64,000 bases of DNA from an uncultured virus (IMG/VR IMGVR_UViG_3300048930_000898) (Duplodnaviria > Heunggongvirae > Uroviricota > Caudoviricetes): IMG/VR virus record IMGVR_UViG_3300048930_000898. One strand, 5' to 3'. Below are positions 1 through 8,089 of the stretch, piece after piece (positions within the stretch are counted from its first letter, which is position 1; each line of letters begins with the position of its first letter). The notes under the pieces were generated by a model. That model searched no databases, had not been told where the DNA came from, and worked only from the letters and a program-made list of their open reading frames with translations. Made by a program: the position numbers and the translations under genes.

Positions 1-270
1 CGAGCTGAGCCGGACACGCGAGCTGAGCCGGACACGTAAGCAGAGCCAACCACGTAAGCTGAGTCAGACACGTAAGCTTCGCCGGACACGCGAGCTGAGC
101 CGGACACGCGAGCAGAGCCAACCACGTAAGCTGAGCCAACCACGACAGCTGAGTCAGACACGCGAGCTTCGCCAGACACGCGAGCTGAGTCAGCCACGTA
201 AGCTGAGTCAGACACGCGAGCTGAGCCGGACACGCGAGCTGAGCCGGACACGCGAGCTTCGCCAGACACG
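1..270. repeat. Degenerate 18-bp tandem repeat (15 units in view), coding
   Basis: Units such as CGAGCTGAGCCGGACACG and TAAGCTGAGTCAGACACG abut with no spacers and encode hexapeptides on the minus strand. Confidence 0.95.
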
Positions 271-455
271 CAAGCCCAAGTAGCTACCCAGCAGGGCCCC
301 TCTTGTGAGAGGTTATTTTCAGATAAAATACGACCGCCTAAATCTCCTTTTTTAACATTAAATTCCGGAATGTCACGCAAAGCTTTTATATACCAAAGAC
401 CCGTATCAATACATTTATGTGAAAGTTTGTATTTTTTTCTCTTTGAATTAATCAT
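1..455 (-). CDS. Hexapeptide-repeat (VSGSAR) phage protein, truncated at the window edge; not in the ORF track
   Basis: ATG at 455 with AAGGAG upstream. Translates MINSKRKKYKL...IKALRDIPEFNVKKGDLGGRILSENNLSQEGPCWV, then about 15 V(S/V)(G/D)(S/E)A(R/Y) repeats, matching the common phage 'KGDLGG..E.NLSQEG.CWV' beta-helix protein. Confidence 0.85.
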   Translation of the reverse strand, partial: MINSKRKKYKLSHKCIDTGLWYIKALRDIPEFNVKKGDLGGRILSENNLSQEGPCWVATWACVSGEARVSGSARVSGSARVSDSAYVADSARVSGEARVSDSAVVVGSAYVVGSARVSGSARVSGEAYVSDSAYVVGSAYVSGSARVSGSA

Positions 456-631
456 TAACTTTCTCCTTTTAACTCTGTTTTAAGTTTATTAATAATTTCA
501 AGTAACTGACGTTCCTCTTCTGTTAATACAACTCTGCTTTTATCTCTAACTTCGCTTCTATCTAAAATTGACTGAAGCAACATGCTCTTTATATTCAAAA
601 GATCATGGATTTTCTCTAATCTAGTTCTCAT
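455..631 (-). CDS. Hypothetical protein (58 aa)
   Basis: MRTRLEKIHDLL...KTELKGES; stop overlaps the next start (TAATG). Confidence 0.65.
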   Translation of the reverse strand: MRTRLEKIHDLLNIKSMLLQSILDRSEVRDKSRVVLTEEERQLLEIINKLKTELKGES

Positions 632-634
632 CTT

Positions 635-835
635 TTATTCCTCAAGTTTAGAATCTTTAAGTATTGCATCCCAATCTGGTTCTAATATTTCGCTGATATA
701 CTGTGCTCTAGATTCAACCTCTTCGTCAGTGGGATCTCTATCCAGTTCACATACAAGCTCTTCAAGAGCTAGTTCATAAACTTCTAACCATGCGTCTTCT
801 CTGTTTGATGGAATTCTAAATCTATCGAAGTTCAT
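635..835 (-). CDS. Hypothetical acidic protein
   Basis: ORF abutting its neighbours in the leftward operon. Confidence 0.7.
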   Translation of the reverse strand: MNFDRFRIPSNREDAWLEVYELALEELVCELDRDPTDEEVESRAQYISEILEPDWDAILKDSKLEE

Positions 836-1140
836 TACTTGGATTCCTTTCTGCAGACTTGCACTCTCACAACACCAGGCATATCAAATGCTTTATTTAC
901 GTTGTTAAACACTTCATCTTTAATTCTATCTTCATTCTGATCAAAGTAAATAGTCATAGAATTGACACTATTATCACAAGAAGCTACAACATAGACGGTC
1001 TTGTTGTATTCAGGGTGGTAAACTTCAAAGGGAATCTGAGGTAGACCAATCTGAATTGTGTTTGTTAACAACAATGTAAACAAAAGTTGCATATATATCC
1101 TTTTATAAGCAAGTATAATAAACACCTTGTGATTCATCAA
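835..1140 (-). CDS. Hypothetical protein, possible signal peptide (start may be ~1092)
   Basis: ORF with hydrophobic N-terminus MQLLFTLLLT. Confidence 0.55.
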   Translation of the reverse strand: MMNHKVFIILAYKRIYMQLLFTLLLTNTIQIGLPQIPFEVYHPEYNKTVYVVASCDNSVNSMTIYFDQNEDRIKDEVFNNVNKAFDMPGVVRVQVCRKESK

Positions 1141-1474
1141 AGGTGTAACCCTTAGATTTTAAAGCAACTTCTTTACTAACCGCTTGGAATTGTCCGATAT
1201 ATTTAGTTCGACCGTCAGTAAAGAGTAACTCTGCGTTACGTGTTGCATCAAGTTTAAGCACGCTTTCTTGATTATACTTGAAAGCTAGAGACTTGATAAG
1301 CGTTTCTTGATTCGTTACAAGCACAAGTGCAGGCTCTTCAACCTTAACTCCATTCTCCATTGTATAAGCTCCTAAGACTTGCTTTGAATCAATATTATAA
1401 GCTTTTAGATCATTCTTTAATAGATCTAGTTCGTTAGCAGATATAAGGTATGTTACAGGATAGATAGGTTTCAT
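1103..1474 (-). CDS. Putative S-adenosylmethionine lyase (T3 SAMase-like)
   Basis: Motif series GAY..EE..QESVL..GQFQAV..YTFDE parallels T3 SAMase GCY..EE..QDCVL..GSFQEV..FTIDE; early-region location. Confidence 0.7.
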   Translation of the reverse strand: MKPIYPVTYLISANELDLLKNDLKAYNIDSKQVLGAYTMENGVKVEEPALVLVTNQETLIKSLAFKYNQESVLKLDATRNAELLFTDGRTKYIGQFQAVSKEVALKSKGYTFDESQGVYYTCL

Positions 1475-1719
1475 TTTACAGCTCCTAGTTTAGGTTTATT
1501 ATACACTAAAATAAAGTCATTGTTTAAGATATCGTAACCCCAAACCTTTACATGATGCCCAACCGGAATATCTTCTTTAATTCGTCTCATAACAGCCTCT
1601 TCATTAGGCTGAGTCGTAAAAGACCAGTTAAGCATGTTATCGTTTCGCAAACCGCTTTCAACTTTAAAGAAGCTACACTGTTGAGAGATAAGGTCAAGTT
1701 TCATATTAACACCTTTCAT
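1471..1719 (-). CDS. Hypothetical protein
   Basis: ORF coupled to the next gene (ATGA overlap). Confidence 0.65.
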   Translation of the reverse strand: MKGVNMKLDLISQQCSFFKVESGLRNDNMLNWSFTTQPNEEAVMRRIKEDIPVGHHVKVWGYDILNNDFILVYNKPKLGAVK

Positions 1720-1722
1720 AGA

Positions 1723-1956
1723 TTAGTTAGAGCTTAAGATGATCAATACAATAAGACCAACCCAAAAACCACCTAAAGCAAAGCCTAAGATAATAGCAGT
1801 TATTTTGAATAGATAGTAACCAATGATGCAAGCTGCTTCAGATAAGTCTTCGAAAGTACTGTTCTTTTTATGTTCAATTTCATCGAGAATAAATTGCTCA
1901 ATACCAGTTTCATGCTTAGAACTGAAGTAGCTTTTAGGCTTAATTAGCTTATTCAT
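1723..1956 (-). CDS. Hypothetical membrane protein
   Basis: ATG 1956 after GGGAG; C-terminal hydrophobic helices. Confidence 0.65.
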   Translation of the reverse strand: MNKLIKPKSYFSSKHETGIEQFILDEIEHKKNSTFEDLSEAACIIGYYLFKITAIILGFALGGFWVGLIVLIILSSN

Positions 1957-1963
1957 AAAAATA

Positions 1964-2140
1964 TTATCTCCCACCTTTTATGAGTTTCAATTCAACTCGT
2001 TTATCTTCAATATGTTCTGAATTAAGGTAAAGACTAGTTAATTCTCTAATATCTTCTTTAAGAGCCTCGATAAGGTCAAGCTTCAACATAATCTCTTTAT
2101 CAAGAGCATCAACTTGTTTAGGTGTTAATTGCTTATTCAT
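1964..2140 (-). CDS. Hypothetical protein (58 aa), first gene of the leftward operon
   Basis: MNKQLTPKQVDALDKE...LKLIKGGR; below the ORF-track cutoff; no SD, start sits just below the sigma54 site. Confidence 0.65.
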   Translation of the reverse strand: MNKQLTPKQVDALDKEIMLKLDLIEALKEDIRELTSLYLNSEHIEDKRVELKLIKGGR

Positions 2141-2153
2141 GTTAATATATCAA

Positions 2154-2169
2154 TGCATAGAGCGTGCCA
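2154..2169 (-). promoter_or_regulatory. Sigma54 (-24/-12) promoter
   Basis: TGGCACGCTCTATGCA, GG-N10-GC, about 14 nt upstream of ATG 2140. Confidence 0.7.
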
Positions 2170-2708
2170 ACACAAACAACACCCTAATAAACCTCTAACT
2201 CCTTGAAATCACGGGCAAACAAAGTTATCAGTGCAAAAGCAGAATAGAGCAAGTAAACAATATTCACCCCTAAAATGGACAATAAGCGACAACCTCAAGC
2301 ATTCCAACCCCTTACACAATACCAAAAGGACAAGAATTGTCACCCTAAAGAACAACACCGAATAAACACTGATAATACACGGATAAGTACGCTAATATAT
2401 AAAGATCTATGGTATAGAACTAGGTATAAGTAATCCTAGCTATAAGCACGCATAGTGTACTCATAAGCATCGTTAAAGCTTACCGCGTGCCTTATACCGC
2501 ATCCTTGTACACTAGGGCACCCAAGTCTCCCTGTAAGCAATACACTACAAACCATAATGGTTAGCATCTTAACCATACTCCGCATACCGTGATCACAATG
2601 CATACTATTATCCGTCAACTGCAATTGGGTTTGGGTCACTGATGATTAATATGCAAATTGTAGTGTGCATTAGATTGCATATGCAACTGTTGCATGCTTG
2701 TATACAGT

Positions 2709-2724
2709 AGGCACGTTTCTTGCA
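2709..2724 (+). promoter_or_regulatory. Second sigma54-like site
   Basis: AGGCACGTTTCTTGCA, GG-N10-GC; lies in a TGCA-rich tract, so it may be a chance match. Confidence 0.4.
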
Positions 2725-3151
2725 TGAGGTATACAGTACACTGTGCAACTGTATGCACACTGTAAACAGGAGGGGGGTACTGGGACCATTGCAAACGTGG
2801 ACGGGTGTATATGGCAATAGGCTAAGAGAGCGCCTGTGTACAATTTTATTATAAAACTATACAGAATGCTCGTATACGCTCACAATAAGCCTATAGCAGC
2901 AGCCTAGCCTACCAGTCAACATCATCACCTTAATCATCAGTATAAGTCGCCTATAAGCCAATATACGCGCTCTAGTATGCAACATTCAAGTCTACCCGTT
3001 GGTCCTTTTACACATGCGACAGTATACATGCTTGCAAATTTTATAAAAATAAGATAGGATAACAGTGTGCGAGTAAATAGAATAGATTTTTTTGATATAA
3101 AATTTAAATAAAACAAACACTTAACTAAAAAATAGAATAGATATTTGAATT

Positions 3152-3478
3152 ATGAAACATAACCACTGGAAACCTACAAGCTTGAAATTGTTCAATAAAG
3201 TGCTTGCTTGCAAGAATTCGGAAACGAATGAACTTGCTTCTGCATCAAAATATGGGGAAATTTACGAGTTTTCTGGTTCGCTAGTGGGTTGTATTGTTCG
3301 CAGCCCAATCGCAGCTAAAAGGGTAGCAAAACTTGCAAATAATGCTAATTTTGAACCAATAAAAGCAGGCGAAGAGGCCCTCTTTAAGCTACCGTTAGAA
3401 AAGCTCGATCAACTAGTTAAAAGTTTAAAAATTAAGAAAAACCGTTCATCGATGGCAAAGGTGTTAAACAACGTATGA
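3152..3478 (+). CDS. Hypothetical basic protein
   Basis: First rightward ORF, coupled to the next gene. Confidence 0.65.
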   Translation: MKHNHWKPTSLKLFNKVLACKNSETNELASASKYGEIYEFSGSLVGCIVRSPIAAKRVAKLANNANFEPIKAGEEALFKLPLEKLDQLVKSLKIKKNRSSMAKVLNNV

Positions 3479-3687
3479 AAGTAACAATCGAATTTAATCT
3501 TCCAACTGAAAGTCAAGAGTATCAACACGCTTTAAACGGTTCTAAGTATCTTGCCGTTTTACAGGAAGTAGATAACCTCTTGCGTGGATATATGAAATAC
3601 GAAGATAAAACCACCATAGATATCAAAGAGGTGCGAGATATGATCTATGATGTCGCTTCTGATAAAAACGTGGTAATCTGGGAATAA
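3475..3687 (+). CDS. Conserved phage hypothetical protein
   Basis: MKVTIEFNLP.E..EY..A.NG motif, familiar from phage small proteins. Confidence 0.75.
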   Translation: MKVTIEFNLPTESQEYQHALNGSKYLAVLQEVDNLLRGYMKYEDKTTIDIKEVRDMIYDVASDKNVVIWE

Positions 3688-3688
3688 C

Positions 3689-3889
3689 ATGACACAAAAA
3701 CGATATAAACTGGTTTATACGCTTTATAGCTACAATTATGAGGAACTCCCCCATGAAATCTCAGTTGTCACTGAAAACCCCTGGGAATACCTTGAGCGCA
3801 TTAAAGCCGACCTTATGATGAATAGACCAGATCTTCAAATAGGTACTTATAGTATTTCTAAGATAACCCATTTGGAAGTAGTTAAATAA
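3689..3889 (+). CDS. Hypothetical protein, paralog of 4473-4655, C-terminal HLEVVK
   Basis: ORF; alignable to 4473-4655 over its full length. Confidence 0.75.
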   Translation: MTQKRYKLVYTLYSYNYEELPHEISVVTENPWEYLERIKADLMMNRPDLQIGTYSISKITHLEVVK

Positions 3890-3892
3890 AAA

Positions 3893-3977
3893 TATACTCC
3901 AAAAGGTATAAACTTGAATTATACCTCAAAAGGTATAAATTTATGAAATATAATAAAAATAATCCCTAAAGGGTATA
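3893..3977. repeat. Three 18-bp imperfect palindromes TATACY-N6-GGTATA
   Basis: Copies at 3893-3910, 3920-3937 and 3960-3977. Confidence 0.7.
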
Positions 3978-3981
3978 CAAT

Positions 3982-4194
3982 ATGAATTTTACTAAAAATG
4001 ACCATAGATTTCAACAACAAACGACAATCTCAATAACTGAACATAGATTCACTACAAGAGATTATATACCCAATTTAGTTCATTTACTCGGAGATGAAAA
4101 CGCTATGTTTGATATGTTTCCTTCAAACAGGATAAATAAAGACTTTAGAGAAAAATTTAATTCATTTGGAGTAATGATAAACTATCATGAATAA
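3982..4194 (+). CDS. Hypothetical protein (MNF...DHRF)
   Basis: ORF; N-terminus resembles 4652-4915. Confidence 0.6.
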   Translation: MNFTKNDHRFQQQTTISITEHRFTTRDYIPNLVHLLGDENAMFDMFPSNRINKDFREKFNSFGVMINYHE

Positions 4195-4305
4195 CCTTAA
4201 TACACTAGCTTTCTGGATTGCGTTATATTTACAAAAAGTAAACAAAAAAATTTTTAATAAAAACGGCTTAAAGGTATATAAGAATCAATTAAAAGGGAAG
4301 TAACT

Positions 4306-4476
4306 ATGTATAAAATTATTGTAATGAAAAATAAAAATACACTGACAATTAGATCCTCTAGAGATGATCAATTTAACTCGTACCAAGAGGAAGATATTGT
4401 TGTAAATAATGAATCTGATATTAATCAAGTTATTGATTCTATTAGGATTATCTTAATTAAAGATTTAAACCTATGA
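4306..4476 (+). CDS. Hypothetical protein (56 aa)
   Basis: MYKIIVMKNKN...KDLNL; ATGA overlap with the next gene. Confidence 0.5.
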   Translation: MYKIIVMKNKNTLTIRSSRDDQFNSYQEEDIVVNNESDINQVIDSIRIILIKDLNL

Positions 4477-4655
4477 ATAAATATATTGTAACATATCGAA
4501 TTTATTCTAAAAATGGTAAATCTGTTAAAGAAAATAAAACAGTTACCAATTTTCCATCAGAATACATGGATGCAATAAAGCGAAATTTAGCTTATAATCA
4601 ATCTCTAGGGGTATATACTATTAAAAAACTAGATCATCTGACGGTGGTAAAATGA
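4473..4655 (+). CDS. Hypothetical protein, paralog of 3689-3889, C-terminal HLTVVK
   Basis: ORF; paralogy. Confidence 0.75.
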   Translation: MNKYIVTYRIYSKNGKSVKENKTVTNFPSEYMDAIKRNLAYNQSLGVYTIKKLDHLTVVK

Positions 4656-4915
4656 ATTTCTTTAAACGATTACATGAACAAAATCAATTTGAATCTATTA
4701 ATCAAAAAGATCACCGATTTAATGACAGCCACAGTGGAATTTGTATTGTAAATGATGAAGATTATTTAGAAATAGTATATTATACGCCCAGTATTAATAA
4801 ACGGTCTAAGGCGTCTATTACTAATTTAATAAAATATTCTTGTAGCCTGGCCGGTTCTATAAACAGATTCGATCATTATGGAGATTATACTTTTTATAAT
4901 GATTACGAAGATTAA
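4652..4915 (+). CDS. Hypothetical protein (MNF...DHRF)
   Basis: ORF with ATGA coupling. Confidence 0.6.
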   Translation: MNFFKRLHEQNQFESINQKDHRFNDSHSGICIVNDEDYLEIVYYTPSINKRSKASITNLIKYSCSLAGSINRFDHYGDYTFYNDYED

Positions 4916-4922
4916 TATCTAC

Positions 4923-4951
4923 TTGACAAAAAAACAATAAACTGTTACTTT
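4923..4951 (+). promoter_or_regulatory. Sigma70-type promoter
   Basis: TTGACA-17 nt-TACTTT with TG extended -10. Confidence 0.65.
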
Positions 4952-5073
4952 ATATAAAAGCTGCAAATTTGCTGGTCCTTTTTTGTAGCTTCCAATACAC
5001 AGCAGGAGGCGTTAGTTTTTCAAAGAACTAACCCTCCTGTTTAAATTGAATTATAAAAAGGAAAAATAATAAA

Positions 5074-5595
5074 ATGAATTTAGAAAAAGAAAATATTGAA
5101 GAACTTGTACAAAAAATTAACGAATATGTTGGTACTCATGCTAAACAGTATGAAAGCAGACTTAATACAAATCATATTAAATATAACAATAGAGATGAAA
5201 ACGGTGCTTTATTAGTACCTAAGCTTACTAAATTTAATATTACAGAACAACCAAAAGGCGCTATGGCTTTTAAATTAGAACCTGCCTCTAAAATTGAATA
5301 CACTCCCGTTTATACTGAAAATTATATTCTAAGAGTAGAATTTACCCTGGATGAATTAAAAGAATTATATTCTAGCCGACTTTTGATGGATTATGTATTA
5401 AAAACCATGGTTGATAATTTAAACCACGTTTTGTTAGAAAAACATGGTATTTCTACTGAAGATACCACCATTGGTGGATTCCGAGGTGTATTTATGGATG
5501 CATCTAGACCGAATCAAAGTCATTATGTAATTAGTAACATTAATGGAACTTTTGAAATTCGATTAATTAGTAGTTGTGCAAAATTTAATTATTAA
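5074..5595 (+). CDS. Hypothetical protein
   Basis: 173-aa ORF with AAGGA upstream. Confidence 0.75.
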   Translation: MNLEKENIEELVQKINEYVGTHAKQYESRLNTNHIKYNNRDENGALLVPKLTKFNITEQPKGAMAFKLEPASKIEYTPVYTENYILRVEFTLDELKELYSSRLLMDYVLKTMVDNLNHVLLEKHGISTEDTTIGGFRGVFMDASRPNQSHYVISNINGTFEIRLISSCAKFNY

Positions 5596-5619
5596 AATCA
5601 TAAAAGAAAAGGAAATTAT

Positions 5620-5904
5620 ATGTTAGGATTAAAAAAAGGCGATGTTGTAACACTTTGGGTTAATCAGGTTATGTATCCTGGTGTAGTAACTTCTGTTGAC
5701 GGTCAATGGTTGGAAATGGACAGTGTTCAGTATAAAGGTTTAAAATATAAAGTTAAACCTGAATCAGTAACTGCGGTTAGTATCGATTCAAACACTGACA
5801 CTCTTGAAAAGTTAGAAGCTCAGAAAAAAGCTTTTGATGAAAAACAAGCTAAAGCTGCAGCCGAAATGCGAGCCGAAGCTGAAGCCATGGCTGGTAATAA
5901 ATAA
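5620..5904 (+). CDS. Hypothetical protein, possible Sm/Hfq-like or SH3-like barrel plus helix
   Basis: VTLWVNQVMYPGVVTSVDGQWLEM..VKPESVTAV pattern. Confidence 0.6.
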   Translation: MLGLKKGDVVTLWVNQVMYPGVVTSVDGQWLEMDSVQYKGLKYKVKPESVTAVSIDSNTDTLEKLEAQKKAFDEKQAKAAAEMRAEAEAMAGNK

Positions 5905-5916
5905 AGGATTAATTAT

Positions 5917-6279
5917 ATGTCAATTAATAAAGTAAAACAAGAATTGTTAAATTATAATCTAGAAGAATTAAAAGATGCAATCTTAACGATTAGTACCTCT
6001 TCGCTGAATAAACAACTAGAAGAAGTTGGCCCACAGTTTGAAGAGGTAAAAAATACACTTTTTTCTTTAACAGATAAATTAATTGCATTAGATAAAAACT
6101 GGAGTCAGTTATCTAAAAAAATTAAAAATGAACTTACTGAAGACGAACAAATACCACATGTTTTTGATTCTATTCGTAATCACAATGATAATTTTACAGA
6201 TCTATTATCAATGGTTCATAGACTTAATAACACCTGGAAAAACAGAGAAGAATATCTTAAAAAAGTTTTAAAGGATTAA
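5917..6279 (+). CDS. Coiled-coil hypothetical protein
   Basis: ORF with SD; heptad character. Confidence 0.7.
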   Translation: MSINKVKQELLNYNLEELKDAILTISTSSLNKQLEEVGPQFEEVKNTLFSLTDKLIALDKNWSQLSKKIKNELTEDEQIPHVFDSIRNHNDNFTDLLSMVHRLNNTWKNREEYLKKVLKD

Positions 6280-6281
6280 TT

Positions 6282-6863
6282 ATGACACCAATCGTCATTG
6301 AGCAAGGAGCAAGAGGAGAACGAGCTTATGATATCTACTCAAGACTTCTTAAAGATCGTATCATTCTTCTTACTGGCCCTATTGATGACGATATTGCTAG
6401 CAGCATCGTTGGTCAGTTATTATTTCTTAATAGTCAAGATCATGAACCTATTCAGCTCTACATTAATTCCCCAGGAGGATCTGTTACTTCTGGATTAGCA
6501 ATTTATGATACTATTCAGCATATAAAAGCCCCGGTTCATACTTTATGCGTAGGCCAAGCTGCCTCAATGGGAGCAATTTTGCTTGCCTCTGGTGAACAAG
6601 GCAAAAGGGCAATTCTTCCAAACGCAAGAGTAATGGTCCACCAACCTAGCGGGTTTGCTGAGGGTAAAGAAACCGACATTAGAATACAAGCTCAACAAAT
6701 CGAGAAGGTTAGAAATAAACTTGCTAAAATTCTTTTAAAACACACTCGCTCTGATGTTGACATTAAACATATTCATGATATGATGGAATGGGATTTCTGG
6801 ATGGAACCAGAAGAAGCTAAAAAGCATAAATTTGTAGATAAAATCTTGAAAGAGAAAATATAA
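6282..6863 (+). CDS. clpP: ATP-dependent Clp protease proteolytic subunit
   Basis: [31 protein letters not shown] (Ser), MVHQP (His), WDFWM (Asp). Confidence 0.97.
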   Translation: MTPIVIEQGARGERAYDIYSRLLKDRIILLTGPIDDDIASSIVGQLLFLNSQDHEPIQLYINSPGGSVTSGLAIYDTIQHIKAPVHTLCVGQAASMGAILLASGEQGKRAILPNARVMVHQPSGFAEGKETDIRIQAQQIEKVRNKLAKILLKHTRSDVDIKHIHDMMEWDFWMEPEEAKKHKFVDKILKEKI

Positions 6864-7021
6864 TGTTAGAAGCAGTAGCAAGAGATGTTCTTAGACAATA
6901 CTTTAAAGTATTAAAAAAAGATCCTAATATATCTAAGCCCGAAGTTGTAGTGCAAGCTGAGGAAATTTTAGGAGAAGAACTTGTTAATGAAATCAAAGAG
7001 GTAATAAATAATGAACAGTGA
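6863..7021 (+). CDS. Hypothetical protein (52 aa)
   Basis: [14 protein letters not shown]...; TAATG coupling to clpP. Confidence 0.6.
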   Translation: MLEAVARDVLRQYFKVLKKDPNISKPEVVVQAEEILGEELVNEIKEVINNEQ

Positions 7022-7211
7022 ATTTATTGTAATGACTCGACCCGATGGAACTGAACTTCATATGAACAGAGGACAAGTTGTATATGTAACAACAGATCCT
7101 GCAGATGAGACCGGAAATAAAACAGAAGTAGTGACTACCCAGGGTGCTTTTATTATTAAAAAACCTTTAAAGGATGTTCTTCAACTTCTTTCAACCGGAG
7201 GAAAGCTATGA
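7011..7211 (+). CDS. FlbD/SwrD-like small protein
   Basis: FIVMTRPDGTELHMN...TEVVTTQG.FIIKKPLKDVLQLL matches the FlbD-family pattern. Confidence 0.55.
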   Translation: MNSEFIVMTRPDGTELHMNRGQVVYVTTDPADETGNKTEVVTTQGAFIIKKPLKDVLQLLSTGGKL

Positions 7212-7435
7212 TTGAATCATTTGTAGCAGGCTTTTTTGGTGTATTAACTGGTGTTGGTGTAGTCTCTTATTTGTTTTTTGAACTGTATAAAAAAGAACAA
7301 AAGATGGCTAAAGAACTATCAGAGAAATTTCTTTCTGCTCTTCAACAGGATATGGACCCCACTCCGCCTAAAAAGAAAACACCTGTAGATTTTTTATCTT
7401 TAATTAAAACCGATAAAGAACCGCCCATTAATTAA
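7208..7435 (+). CDS. Small membrane-anchored protein
   Basis: N-terminal TM helix. Confidence 0.7.
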   Translation: MIESFVAGFFGVLTGVGVVSYLFFELYKKEQKMAKELSEKFLSALQQDMDPTPPKKKTPVDFLSLIKTDKEPPIN

Positions 7436-7436
7436 T

Positions 7437-7592
7437 ATGTACATTTTTTATACACTGGCAGTTATTTGTTTATTTTTAGTTAGTTTAATTACTTTTAACT
7501 TTTTATTAAACCTTGCTTATAGATTTTTTCAAATGTTTATTATAAGCAGAGACTCTAGAAAGTTAAATGAAACATTGTTTAAAAAATATTAG
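7437..7592 (+). CDS. Small membrane protein (51 aa)
   Basis: MYIFYTLAVICLFLVSLITF... Confidence 0.45.
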   Translation: MYIFYTLAVICLFLVSLITFNFLLNLAYRFFQMFIISRDSRKLNETLFKKY

Positions 7593-7613
7593 TTGCCCTT
7601 GACCCAATAAATA

Positions 7614-7647
7614 ACCCTACCGTAATTGTAAATAGTTGCGGTAGGGT
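7614..7647 (+). terminator. Strong hairpin between the early-type and late blocks
   Basis: ACCCTACCGTAATT/AGTTGCGGTAGGGT stem immediately before the first late motif; U-tract weak. Confidence 0.5.
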
Positions 7648-7650
7648 GAT

Positions 7651-7669
7651 TTAATAAGTAGTATTGTAA
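7651..7669 (+). promoter_or_regulatory. Putative late promoter, copy 1
   Basis: TTAATAAGTAGTATTGTAA. Confidence 0.75.
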
Positions 7670-7810
7670 ACTGGTATACTTAGAACACGCATTCTCAACA
7701 AGTTAGTATGAATCGATGATCGTTCTAGTTTCCTTTTTACATAGCTTTACCAATAAGATAAGCAACTAATATAATATTGTTTATTGTAAACAACTTATAT
7801 AGGAGAACAT

Positions 7811-8089
7811 ATGAAAAACGAAAATAGTCCCGTAATCTTTACTCAAGAAGAACAAGTAGAATTGCGAAATCTTAATTCTAATCTTGAGCTTTTTAATTTA
7901 CTAAAATCACTTCTTACCCAAGGTCAATTTCCAGGCAGTGCCGCTGTGGCCTTGATCCGTTGTCAACAATTTGCTGAAAATATTATTCAACAAACTTCTA
8001 AACAATTGCAAGAAGTAGAACAAAAAGCATCTTCTCGTTCTGAAAAACCCGCTTCTGATAAAAAATCTAAGGAAACTAAAAATGGGTAG
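7811..8089 (+). CDS. Hypothetical protein
   Basis: AGGAG SD, ORF. Confidence 0.75.
   Translation: MKNENSPVIFTQEEQVELRNLNSNLELFNLLKSLLTQGQFPGSAAVALIRCQQFAENIIQQTSKQLQEVEQKASSRSEKPASDKKSKETKNG

Noticed and set aside
1..270. CRISPR array
   Set aside because: Units abut without unique spacers and encode an in-frame hexapeptide repeat; no cas genes in view
2436..2817. Two minus-strand ORFs in the divergence region
   Set aside because: Cys/His/Met-rich translations arise from TGCA repeats; no SD; atypical codons
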